Shown: positions 1 through 8,319 of the stretch, piece after piece
Numbering within the stretch: the first letter of the stretch is position 1
Layout of the letters: the number at the start of each line of letters is the position of its first letter
Source of the DNA: an uncultured delta proteobacterium
GTDB lineage: Bacteria; Myxococcota; UBA727; VGSZ01
Length of the DNA: 64,000 nucleotides
Assembly: GCA_963775425.1 (NCBI GenBank)
Contig: CAVZJB010000016.1
Span: forward strand, 1,088,001-1,152,000
Reading direction: 5' to 3'
Notes under the pieces: model-generated
Told to the model about the DNA's origin: nothing
The model's input: only the letters and a program-made list of their open reading frames with translations
Databases searched by the model: none
Made by a program: the position numbers and the translations under genes

Positions 1-354
1 GACGCTGTGCGCTCGCTCCTCGAAAAGGGCGCCTTGCGCCTTCAGGGCACCTCGTTGTGGGTGCACACGAGCCTGATGGACCTCGCCACGCGCGAGCTGT
101 CCGAGCGTCACACCTTCGTGCGCACCGACTTCGGCGAGGAAGACTGGTTCGTGCGGGAGACCACGTTCGTCCCCGTCGAGGGCTCGCTGTTCTTCATCGG
201 GCCGCGCAAAGGCGGCATCGCCATCGAGGAGCTCGACGGCGACCGCATGAGGACGGCGCTCATCGAGGCCGTCGGCTCCCTCGGCCGCGACCGCGTCCCG
301 TCGACCCAGCGGCTCTCGGAGCTGCTGATGCGGGGCGAGCCCGTGAAGGCGTGA
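1..354 (+). CDS. hypothetical protein, C-terminal part (5' truncated by the window edge)
   Basis: Frame is open from base 1 to TGA at 352-354; GC3-rich codons and a globular-looking sequence; no motif recognised. Confidence 0.6.
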   Translation, partial: DAVRSLLEKGALRLQGTSLWVHTSLMDLATRELSERHTFVRTDFGEEDWFVRETTFVPVEGSLFFIGPRKGGIAIEELDGDRMRTALIEAVGSLGRDRVPSTQRLSELLMRGEPVKA

Positions 355-1378
355 CGACGTCGTCCTCCACCGCGCGCAGGAGGGCCCCGCGCAGCGGCCG
401 CGACGACGACGGGCGCAGGCGCGGACGTCCCCGCAGCTCGACGAGCGCCTCCTTGCCGCAGCCGTAGCGACGCTCCACGCCCTGCCGGTCCACCATCAGG
501 CCGCCCACGAGCCGCAGCCCGTCGCGCGGCGGCCCCTCGACGTCGGCGGCGCGCGCGAGCAGCAGGTGGCTGTGCTTGAGCACGGTCTTTTTGAGCCCCG
601 AAGCCTTCTCGAGCGCGCGGAACTTCGCCGGCGGCTCCCAAGACAGCTCGCCGTGGCACCAGTCGCCCTCGGTGCGCAGGAGCGGACAAGCCGGCGCGTC
701 CCGGCACGGCGACACCACCACCGCCTCGTGGCGCGCGCGATCCGCGAGGACGTCGCGCACGGCCATCAAGGCCCGCCCATGCACGCGGGTGCCGGGCTCG
801 ACGACGAGCACGCGGCCGCCGGGCGCGAGCACGCCGCAGAGCTCCTCGAGCAGCGCCGCGCGCTCGGCCACCGCGCGGCGTGGATCGCCGAGCTCGTTGA
901 GCACGTGCGCGACGATGACGAGGTCGAAGGGTCCGTTCGGCAACGGGCGGCGCTGAACGGGCTCCACGACGAGCCGCACGACGCTGCCGGGGGCGACGGC
1001 GTCGAGCACGCCCTGCCCCGCCTGCATCGCGCGCTGGGCGAGGTCCACGGCGACGCTCGGCCCCACGGCGCCCGCGAAGCACCACGCGCCGAGGACGCCG
1101 CTGAGCGGGCCGGCGCCGACGTCGAGCACGCGCGGCTGCGCCGGCAGCGTGAGGAGCCCCTCCGCCTGCGCCTGCTCGAGCAGCAGCGCGATCTTGGCCG
1201 CGTACTGCGGCAGGAAGAACGAGAGGTAGGCGGCACGCAGCCGGGGGACGGTCAGGTAGTCCGGACGGCGCGCGGCGCGCTCGGCGCCGAAGAGGCGCGA
1301 GAGGTGTGCGATGTCGGTGCCGACGCTGCGCGGTTCCGCCCAGGTGGCTTCGACGATGGCGGCGATCCGCTCGTTCAT
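260..1378 (-). CDS. Rsm22/METTL17-like class I SAM-dependent methyltransferase
   Basis: VLDVGAGP SAM motif, FDLVIVAHVLNEL, VLVVEPGT and PC-x5-CPL-x6-WCH typical of the Rsm22 family. The 3' end overlaps the convergent gene by 95 bp. Confidence 0.8.
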   Translation of the reverse strand: MNERIAAIVEATWAEPRSVGTDIAHLSRLFGAERAARRPDYLTVPRLRAAYLSFFLPQYAAKIALLLEQAQAEGLLTLPAQPRVLDVGAGPLSGVLGAWCFAGAVGPSVAVDLAQRAMQAGQGVLDAVAPGSVVRLVVEPVQRRPLPNGPFDLVIVAHVLNELGDPRRAVAERAALLEELCGVLAPGGRVLVVEPGTRVHGRALMAVRDVLADRARHEAVVVSPCRDAPACPLLRTEGDWCHGELSWEPPAKFRALEKASGLKKTVLKHSHLLLARAADVEGPPRDGLRLVGGLMVDRQGVERRYGCGKEALVELRGRPRLRPSSSRPLRGALLRAVEDDVVTPSRARPASAAPRAAGSTGRGRGRGSRRPR

Positions 1379-1394
1379 TCGCACAACGGCCCGC

Positions 1395-1410
1395 GGGCAG
1401 AGCCGTTGCT
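1395..1410 (+). promoter_or_regulatory. putative sigma54 (-24/-12) promoter
   Basis: GGGCAGAGCCGTTGCT fits GG-N10-GC with GGCA and TTGCT; it lies directly upstream of the small ORF at 1430. Confidence 0.5.
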
Positions 1411-1429
1411 ACATACAAGGAGGTGCCCC

Positions 1430-1606
1430 ATGCGCTTTCTGAGACCCGACGATGTGCCCGCGCCGTGGATCATCGAGGAGCTCCGCGACCCGCCTGCGGC
1501 TCCCGAGGCCCCGGCGTGGCTCCCGATCCCGGACCTGGAGCCCGCGCGGCCAGCCGAGAACGAGGGGGACGCAAAGCGTCCCCGCGTGGTCGTCATCGAC
1601 ATCTAG
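1430..1606 (+). CDS. small hypothetical protein (58 aa)
   Basis: AGGAGG at 1418-1423 before ATG 1430; MRFLRPDDVPAPWIIEEL...RPRVVVIDI fills the gap between two minus-strand genes. Confidence 0.7.
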   Translation: MRFLRPDDVPAPWIIEELRDPPAAPEAPAWLPIPDLEPARPAENEGDAKRPRVVVIDI

Positions 1607-1622
1607 CGACCCAGCATCCAGG

Positions 1623-2180
1623 CTACGCACGTTCGATGTAGTCGCCGGTCCGCGTGTCCACCTTCACCATGTCGCCCTCTTTGGTGAACATGGGGACCAT
1701 GACCTCGTGGCCGGTGTTGAGCCGGGCCTTCTTGGTGGCGTTGTTGGCGGTGTCGCCCTTCACGGCGGGCTCGGTCTCGGCGATCTGGAGCACCACGTGG
1801 TTCGGCAGGTCAACGCTCACGGCCTTGCCCTGGTAGAAGAGGATGGAGACGTTCATGCCGTCGACGAGGAACTTCACCTGGTCGCCGAGCATGTCCTTCT
1901 GGATCTCGTACTGCTCGTACGTCTGCGGATCCATGAAGGTGTAGACGTCGGCGGCGGAGAAGAGGAACTGCCCCTCCTTGTCCTCGACGTCGGGGGTCCC
2001 GACCTTGTCACCCGAGCGGAACGTCGGGGAGATGGTCTGGCCGGTCACCAGGTTCTTCAGCTTGGTGCGCACGATGGCGGCACCCTTGCCGGGCTTGTGG
2101 TGCTCGAACTCGACGATGCTGTAGGGCTGGCCCTCGAACTCGATGCGGAGGCCGCGGCGGAAATCCGACGTGGTGTACAT
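1623..2180 (-). CDS. efp: elongation factor P
   Basis: HHKPGKGAAIVRTKLKNL, PAVKGDTA and KVDTRTGDYIER motifs; 185 aa. Confidence 0.97.
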   Translation of the reverse strand: MYTTSDFRRGLRIEFEGQPYSIVEFEHHKPGKGAAIVRTKLKNLVTGQTISPTFRSGDKVGTPDVEDKEGQFLFSAADVYTFMDPQTYEQYEIQKDMLGDQVKFLVDGMNVSILFYQGKAVSVDLPNHVVLQIAETEPAVKGDTANNATKKARLNTGHEVMVPMFTKEGDMVKVDTRTGDYIERA

Positions 2181-2190
2181 GCGGGGGTGT

Positions 2191-2628
2191 CTACGGACGG
2201 CCCCGGAGCCGGTCAATGGCCTCGAGCGCGAGGACGTAGCCCTGCGGGCCGAGCCCCTCGATCCGCCCCGCGCAGGCCGCCCCCACCGGCGCGTCGAGGC
2301 GCCCGCGGGCCGCGGTGTTCGTGAGGTGCACCTCGATGACCGGCACCGGGGCGATGGCCCGCACGGCGTCGGCGAGCGCGAGGCTCGTGTGCGCGTACGC
2401 AGCCGCGTTCAAGACGACGCCGGCGGCGGCGCGCGCCTCGAGCACCGCGTCGACGAGCGCGCCCTCGTGGTTGGACTGCAGCGAGCGCACCTCGAGCCCC
2501 AGCGCCTTCGCCCGCGCGGCGACGGCGGCGTCGATGTCGGCGAGGGGCGTGGTGCCGTAGACGGTGGGCTCGCGCGCGCCGAGCAGGCCGAGGCTCGGCC
2601 CGTGGAGCACCCAGACGAGCGGCGTCAC
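2191..2628 (-). CDS. aroQ: type II 3-dehydroquinate dehydratase (divergent)
   Basis: HGPSLGLLGAREPTVYG, QSNHEGALVD, AYAHTSLAL and IEVHLTN motifs. Confidence 0.88.
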   Translation of the reverse strand: MTPLVWVLHGPSLGLLGAREPTVYGTTPLADIDAAVAARAKALGLEVRSLQSNHEGALVDAVLEARAAAGVVLNAAAYAHTSLALADAVRAIAPVPVIEVHLTNTAARGRLDAPVGAACAGRIEGLGPQGYVLALEAIDRLRGRP

Positions 2629-2984
2629 AGCTCGGCGGTGAGCTGGGGGGCCACCACGCGCATCAGGTAGCGGCCCTTCCCCGTGTTGCCGTCGGGGCGC
2701 AGGGAGAGCGCGAGGAAGTAGTCCGGCGTCAGCGGGCGCAGCACGGTGATGAGCCCGCTCGTGTGAACGGTGACCTCGCGGATGTCGCCTGCGCCGAGGC
2801 CGTCGGCGATGCCGCGCAGTTGCTGTGCGATGGCGCCGAGCTCGACGGCGGCCGTCTGCGGCGCCACGACACCGGGGTCATCAGCCTCGCGGGAGTCGAT
2901 GGCGATGCCGTCGAAGCCCATGAGGGTGACGCCCACGGCGCCCGGGGTTTCTTTCAGGACGCGGTCGAGGACGTCGGTGAACAT
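2625..2984 (-). CDS. mglC: roadblock/LC7 domain protein, MglC-like
   Basis: LMGFDGIAID and GNTGKGRYLMR roadblock signature; its position between pilQ-lipoprotein and efp matches the M. xanthus mglC locus as I recall it. Confidence 0.72.
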   Translation of the reverse strand: MFTDVLDRVLKETPGAVGVTLMGFDGIAIDSREADDPGVVAPQTAAVELGAIAQQLRGIADGLGAGDIREVTVHTSGLITVLRPLTPDYFLALSLRPDGNTGKGRYLMRVVAPQLTAEL

Positions 2985-2993
2985 GCGCCAAGC

Positions 2994-3797
2994 CTACTGC
3001 GGACAGACCAACGAGGGCAGATCGTTGCCGCTGAAGCAGAGCTTGTCGTTGGGCACGGGGGTGATGGGGTTGCCGGCGTCGTCGTTGCCGCAGTTGGGGG
3101 CGGTGATGAGGCAGCCCGCGCACAGCTGCACCGGGAACGGGAACAGCGGCGTGACGACCCGGGCGTTGCCGGTGGTGTTCCCGACGAGGCGCATGTTGAC
3201 GATGATGCGCGCCGTGCCGCCGGCGGCGATGGCGCCCGCGATGAACGGCTCGCTCTGCAGGAGCACCGCGTCGCCGCGGGTGACGCCCGTGGCGAAGACC
3301 GCGGCCTCCGACAAAAGCTGCGTCTGCTGGTTGAACACGACGCCCGCGACGCCCGTGGTGCGCACGCTCTTGTCGTTCACCGGGGTGCCCTCGACGTTGC
3401 CGAGCTGGAGCTGGTCGGCGCGGTCCTCGTCGGTGCTGAAGAAGACCTCGGACTCCGTGAACGTGATGATGTTGTTGTCGGTGTTGCCGTAGTTCTTGAA
3501 GTTCGGGGACGCGGTCTTGTCCTGCGTCAGGTCCTGCGTGCTGAACGTCGACGGGAGGTTGGTGGCGACCTTCAGGGGTAGGATGAGGTCGGATGCGTTG
3601 TTGGCGTTGGTGCCGATGTCGAGCAGCGCGGTGGCCTGAAAGACGTTGTCGCCGGCGGACGCGGTGCAGTCCGGCGCGGTCACCCCGAGCACACCCTCGA
3701 TCACGGTCTCCCCCTCGTCGTCGGCGGCGCAGCCGCCGAGGGCGGTGCCCAGGGCGAGCACCAGCAGGGACAGGGGCAGGAACGGGGGCTTCGCCAT
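2994..3797 (-). CDS. lipoprotein downstream of pilQ
   Basis: Lipobox LGGC after a hydrophobic leader; AGGAG RBS; Cys-rich C-terminus. Confidence 0.8.
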   Translation of the reverse strand: MAKPPFLPLSLLVLALGTALGGCAADDEGETVIEGVLGVTAPDCTASAGDNVFQATALLDIGTNANNASDLILPLKVATNLPSTFSTQDLTQDKTASPNFKNYGNTDNNIITFTESEVFFSTDEDRADQLQLGNVEGTPVNDKSVRTTGVAGVVFNQQTQLLSEAAVFATGVTRGDAVLLQSEPFIAGAIAAGGTARIIVNMRLVGNTTGNARVVTPLFPFPVQLCAGCLITAPNCGNDDAGNPITPVPNDKLCFSGNDLPSLVCPQ

Positions 3798-3886
3798 GGG
3801 AATCTCCTGAACGTCACCGGACTGTCTGAGGATAGCGGACCGGAGCGGGCGGTGCACCGCGGCGCCGCTCGGACGAGTGGCGGAGC

Positions 3887-6448
3887 TCATAGACCACCCG
3901 CCGTCGGCGTGGCGGAGCGCCGGTTCACGATGCGCGGCGTGATGAACACGAGCATCTCGGTGCGGTTGTCGCTCTCGCTCACGCTCTTGAAGAGCCAGCC
4001 GATGATGGGAATCGACCCGAGGAACGGCGTCTGCTGGTAGGCCGTGCCCTGGTTGCGCGTGTAGATGCCGCCGATCACGGCCGTGTCGCCGTCACGCACC
4101 AGCATCTCCGTCTCGGCCTGCTTGGTCTGCACCGGCGGCGGCGCGCCCGCCACCTGCTTGCCGAAGTCCGGGACGTCGTTGGTCATGTTGATGGTCATCA
4201 AGATGGAGCCGTCGGCCGTGACGTGCGGGGTGACGTCGAGCTCGAGGGCGGCCTTGACCGTCTGGATGGTGAGCGTGTTGGCGGTGGCGATGGGGACGGC
4301 GATGTCCGTGCCCTGCGTGATGCGCGCGCGCTTGTTGTTGAGCGTGGTGACGCGCGGCGCCGAGATGATCTTCGCCTGGCCGGAGGCCTCGGCGGCCGTG
4401 AGACGGGCGTTCAGGAAGCCGAGGTTGCCGATGGAGCCGAGGTTGAGGCCCACGCCCGACGTCGTGCTGTTGGCGGGGAGGTTCACGGCGAAGTTCGACG
4501 GGAACAGCACGCCCGGGGTGGGCGTGCCGCCGAGGCTCGCCACGTCGTCCGCGCCGCCGACGACGCCGATGTTGTTCGGGAACACGAGCCCGGTGGGGTT
4601 GCCGCCGCGCTGCGAGAAGAAGAGCCCGCCGCCCCACTGGATACCGAGGGTGCGCGAGAACTGCGTGGTGCCTTCCACCATGCGCGCCTCGATGAGCACC
4701 TGCGGCGTCTGCGTGTCGAGGGTGCGCACGAGGCGCTCCGCCTGGTCGAGGTTGTCGCGGATGTCTTCGACGATGATGACGTTGGTGCGGTCGTCGACGG
4801 TGACCTTGCCGCGCGCCGAGAGCAGGCCCTGGACCTGGTCCTTCATCTCCTTGGCGACGGCGTAGTTCACGGGGATGAGGCGCACCGTGGTCGGGAGCTT
4901 CTTCTCACGCTCCTCGGCGAGCTTGAGGCGCGCCTCGCGCTCGTCGTCGAGCTTCTTCTGCGGGACCACGCGGATGATGCCGCCGCGGGTCTCCTGCCCG
5001 AGGTCCTTGGTCTTGAGGATGACGTCGAGCGCCTGATCCCACGGGACGTTCTTGAGCTTGAGGGTGACCTTGCCCTTGACGTCCTCTGCCACGACCACGT
5101 TCTTGCCGCTCACGTCGCCGATGAGGCGGATGACGTTGACGATGTCGGCGTCCTGCAGATCGATGGTGATCTTCTTTCCGTGGTAGCGGGCGGCGGCGAG
5201 GCCGGTGCTCGCCAGCGACAGCGACGTGGAGCCTGTGGAGAACGGCGCCGCCGAGGGCTGCACGCGCTCCGACGCGGACGCCACCGCGCGCGACGCGGCC
5301 GGGCGGACGTCCCAGTACACCGCGCCGTCCTTCTGCCACACGCTGTGCTCGACGTCCTCGTTGAGGACGAGACGCATACGCACCGAGTCCTTGCGGTTGT
5401 CGTCGCGCGTGACGACGACGTCGCGCACGGGCCCGCCGGACAGGCCGCGGGAGCCGAGGAGGCGGGAGGACGCGCGCACGCCGTCGAGGGCGATGACCTT
5501 CTCGTCGGGCGCGTTCTTGACGGTGCGCACCGCGACGGCGCCACCGACGTCTGCCTTCAAGCGCCAGAAACCGTTCTTCTTGTCGAACGAGAGCGCGCGG
5601 AGCTGGACCGCGGCCGTCTTGGGCGCCTTCGCGCTGGAGGCGAACAGGATGGCGATGCCTTCTCCCGTGCTGGCGACGTCGTACTTGGGCAAGCCGTCGC
5701 GCGCGTCGAGCACGACGCGGACGTGATCGTCGTAGCCCCAGGTGCGCGCGCCCTTCATGGCGCTGCCGGAGAACGACGGCGCGAGGCCCTTTTGCACCGT
5801 GACGCCGTAGATATCGACGACGAGGCGCGCCGGGTCCTGCGCCTCCTCGACCTCGTAGCGCGCCACCTCGCCGTCCGTGCGGATGCGCACCAGCGAGCCG
5901 TCGCCCTGCTCGCGCGCCTCGACGCCGAGGATCTCGCGCGCCTTCTGCGCCGGGCCGTCGTCCCCGCTGAGCTCGATGACGGGCGCGTCGTGCGCCGCCG
6001 CCGGCGCCGCGGCAGGCGTGGTCGCCGGCGACGCCGCGGGCGCCGCCGCGGAGACGGCGTGCGCCTTGAGGACGACGGCGTCACCCACGGCCTTGGCGTC
6101 GAGCTCGACGTCGCCCTTGAGCACGATGACGACGCGGCCCACGGGGCCCGTGCGCCCGCGGAACTGCGTGGTGGTCACCGCGGTGACGAGGCCGTCGAAG
6201 TGTGTGGGGATGCGCGTGGCCGCCACGTCCGCGTCGGGCATGTCGACCACGACGCGCGTGGGGCTCGACAGCCGGAACAGCGAGAACTGCGGGACACGGC
6301 TGCCGCGGATGGCGACCTCGACGGAGTCGCTTGTCGGCGACGTGACCTCGACTGCCTCGACGGTGTTGCGACCGGAGCTTGAGGCGTCGGCGCGTGCCGC
6401 TGCTGGAGCGAGCGCGAGGGCGGCGGTGACCAAGAGGACGGAACGCAT
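3887..6448 (-). CDS. pilQ: type IV pilus secretin PilQ with AMIN domains
   Basis: Signal peptide; AMIN-like PTRVVVDMP and PARLVVDIY; LKLKNVPWDQALD; QVLIEARMVE; PFLGSIPIIGWLFK; EMLVFITPRIV. Confidence 0.97.
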   Translation of the reverse strand: MRSVLLVTAALALAPAAARADASSSGRNTVEAVEVTSPTSDSVEVAIRGSRVPQFSLFRLSSPTRVVVDMPDADVAATRIPTHFDGLVTAVTTTQFRGRTGPVGRVVIVLKGDVELDAKAVGDAVVLKAHAVSAAAPAASPATTPAAAPAAAHDAPVIELSGDDGPAQKAREILGVEAREQGDGSLVRIRTDGEVARYEVEEAQDPARLVVDIYGVTVQKGLAPSFSGSAMKGARTWGYDDHVRVVLDARDGLPKYDVASTGEGIAILFASSAKAPKTAAVQLRALSFDKKNGFWRLKADVGGAVAVRTVKNAPDEKVIALDGVRASSRLLGSRGLSGGPVRDVVVTRDDNRKDSVRMRLVLNEDVEHSVWQKDGAVYWDVRPAASRAVASASERVQPSAAPFSTGSTSLSLASTGLAAARYHGKKITIDLQDADIVNVIRLIGDVSGKNVVVAEDVKGKVTLKLKNVPWDQALDVILKTKDLGQETRGGIIRVVPQKKLDDEREARLKLAEEREKKLPTTVRLIPVNYAVAKEMKDQVQGLLSARGKVTVDDRTNVIIVEDIRDNLDQAERLVRTLDTQTPQVLIEARMVEGTTQFSRTLGIQWGGGLFFSQRGGNPTGLVFPNNIGVVGGADDVASLGGTPTPGVLFPSNFAVNLPANSTTSGVGLNLGSIGNLGFLNARLTAAEASGQAKIISAPRVTTLNNKRARITQGTDIAVPIATANTLTIQTVKAALELDVTPHVTADGSILMTINMTNDVPDFGKQVAGAPPPVQTKQAETEMLVRDGDTAVIGGIYTRNQGTAYQQTPFLGSIPIIGWLFKSVSESDNRTEMLVFITPRIVNRRSATPTAGGL

Positions 6449-6555
6449 GCACTCTCCCGATCTCGGGATCCCGCGCGTCGGCGCTCGGGATCTGGGGCTT
6501 CTGTCCAAGCTCTGACGGATCCGCATCGATCGCAAGTTTTTGTCCGCGGATCGGC

Positions 6556-6586
6556 AAAAGCGAACGGGGCCTTGCGGGCCCCGTTC
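6556..6586 (-). terminator. intrinsic terminator-like hairpin between pilP and pilQ
   Basis: Perfect 10-bp stem GAACGGGGCC/GGCCCCGTTC followed by GCTTTT on the minus strand. Confidence 0.65.
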
Positions 6587-6629
6587 TGCGACGATGTAGG
6601 ACTCTCTGCACCCGCCGACGAGCGCGCCC

Positions 6630-7154
6630 CTACTTCTTCTTCGTCGTCTCTTCGTCGAGCTTCAGCTCCTTGAGCTGCGGGATGCGCTTGCCGGTGAAGT
6701 CGCGGAACTCCTCCTGCACCACGATCTCGCCTTGGCGGATGTGCTTCACCTGCCCGAGGCGCTTGCCGATCAGCGTGCCGATCTTCACGGTGTGGCCGCG
6801 ACCCGTGGGGTCCTCGACCATCGCCATCGGGGTCGCGGTGCCGACGACGACGGCGACCAGCTTCAGCTTGTCGAGGTCGATCTTCTGGAGCTCCGTGAGG
6901 TTGGCCTGGTCCTGCTGCTCGTTTTGCGAGAGCTCGTCGAAGTACGTCTTGAACGGGTCTCGCCGGTTCACCGCGTTGAAGGTGTACGAGAGGTCCTGCT
7001 GCTTGGGCTCTTCGGCGGCGGCCTCGGCGGCGGCCTCGGCCTTCTTGTCGTCCGCCTTCTTCACCACCGGCGCCGAGACGTCGCTGTCGTCTCCGCAGGC
7101 GACGGCGGCGAGGACGGTGCACGCGGCGAGCGCGGTGAGGATGATTCTACGCAT
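6630..7154 (-). CDS. pilP: type IV pilus lipoprotein PilP
   Basis: Lipobox AVAC, RRDPF, AMVEDPTGRGHTVKIG; position in the operon. Confidence 0.95.
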   Translation of the reverse strand: MRRIILTALAACTVLAAVACGDDSDVSAPVVKKADDKKAEAAAEAAAEEPKQQDLSYTFNAVNRRDPFKTYFDELSQNEQQDQANLTELQKIDLDKLKLVAVVVGTATPMAMVEDPTGRGHTVKIGTLIGKRLGQVKHIRQGEIVVQEEFRDFTGKRIPQLKELKLDEETTKKK

Positions 7155-7160
7155 GATGGA

Positions 7161-7763
7161 TCACCCGCCCTTCTTTGCGGCGGCGGGCGCCGGCGTCTTG
7201 TCGAGGAAGCGATACGTCGTGGCCGTGAAGCTCGAGCCGACGACGATCTTCTTGTTCTCCAGCTTTGGCTGGTTCATCTGCAGATCGTTGACGTTCACGA
7301 TACGCGGCATCTTGGCGAGGCGGTCGAAGAACACCGCGATCTCGTTGTAGCTGCCGCGCACCGACATCTTCACGGGGAGCTGGGCGAAGTCACCCTGCTG
7401 CGACTCCGGCTGGTTCTCGAAGCGATCGAGCCGCAGACCCGACTGCTGCGCCTCGTACGCGATGTCGCGCAACAGCTTCGGGATCTCGGCTTGCTTCGGG
7501 AGCTGCTCTTCCGCTTCCCGCAGGCGCTGCTTGAGGCGCTCGACCTCGCGCATGAACTGCGTGCGGTGCTGCGCCTGTTGTTGGAGCTTCAGGAGCTGCG
7601 CCTCCTGCTTCTCGATGCGCGCCTGGTTGTCGTCCATGGTCGCCATGGCGGGATCGACGTCCATGAAGTACGCGCCGATGGCGACGAGGACGACGATGAT
7701 GCCGACCGCAATCAGCTTCTGCTGCAGCGGGATCTTGGCGAAATTCTCGAGGAGCTTCTCCAT
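7161..7763 (-). CDS. pilO: type IV pilus protein PilO
   Basis: N-terminal TM helix, coiled coil, LPKQAEIPKLL, GSYNEIAVFFDRLAKMPRIVNV, ATTYRF. Confidence 0.95.
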   Translation of the reverse strand: MEKLLENFAKIPLQQKLIAVGIIVVLVAIGAYFMDVDPAMATMDDNQARIEKQEAQLLKLQQQAQHRTQFMREVERLKQRLREAEEQLPKQAEIPKLLRDIAYEAQQSGLRLDRFENQPESQQGDFAQLPVKMSVRGSYNEIAVFFDRLAKMPRIVNVNDLQMNQPKLENKKIVVGSSFTATTYRFLDKTPAPAAAKKGG

Positions 7764-7767
7764 CTGA

Positions 7768-8316
7768 TCACCCCGCCGAGTAGTTGACCTTGCAGCCAAC
7801 TTCGAAGTTGTAGACGCTGACGCCCTCGCGGACGTCGGCCTGTGTGAACTTGAGCTGCACGTTGGAGAAGTACGGCGACTTCTGCATGACGCGCATGAAC
7901 TCGGAGATGTCGGCGTTGTCGATGGCGGAGCCCGTCATCGACAGGTTGCCGCCCGCCTCCCTGAAGTTGGTGAGCCACACCCGCTTGGGGATGGCGTTGG
8001 ACAGCTCGTCGAGCACGCGCACCGGGCCGCGCTTGCCCTTCTCGAGCTTGTCGATGACGGCGAGCTGGTTGAGGAGCCGCGACTTCTGCTGGTCGAGCTC
8101 CTTCACCTCGCCGATGATCTTCTCGAGACGTTTGATCTCGGATTGGCTGTCGGCGATCTTCTTTTCCTGCTCGGCGAGCTTGTTCGCCATGGCGAAGTGG
8201 ACGATGGCCACGACGAGCAGGGTGAACACCACCACGCCGCTCATGGCCACGAGCTGATAGATGCTCGTGTTCCGCTTCTTCTTGGCGCGTACCGGAAGAA
8301 GGTTGATGCGAATCAT
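7768..8316 (-). CDS. pilN: type IV pilus protein PilN
   Basis: MIRINLLP start, TM helix, IPKRVWL, SPYFSNV. Confidence 0.96.
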   Translation of the reverse strand: MIRINLLPVRAKKKRNTSIYQLVAMSGVVVFTLLVVAIVHFAMANKLAEQEKKIADSQSEIKRLEKIIGEVKELDQQKSRLLNQLAVIDKLEKGKRGPVRVLDELSNAIPKRVWLTNFREAGGNLSMTGSAIDNADISEFMRVMQKSPYFSNVQLKFTQADVREGVSVYNFEVGCKVNYSAG

Positions 8317-8319
8317 GCT

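Noticed and set aside
260-354. 95-bp convergent overlap as a sign of a sixth frameshift
   Set aside because: No GANTC lesion nearby; a low-complexity C-terminal run-on is common at high GC.
4223-6382. Long antisense or alternative-frame ORFs (also 26630-29452, 44263-47709, 51136-54441, 52736-55927)
   Set aside because: Shadow ORFs caused by stop-codon scarcity at high GC; they overlap well-supported genes and lack motifs.
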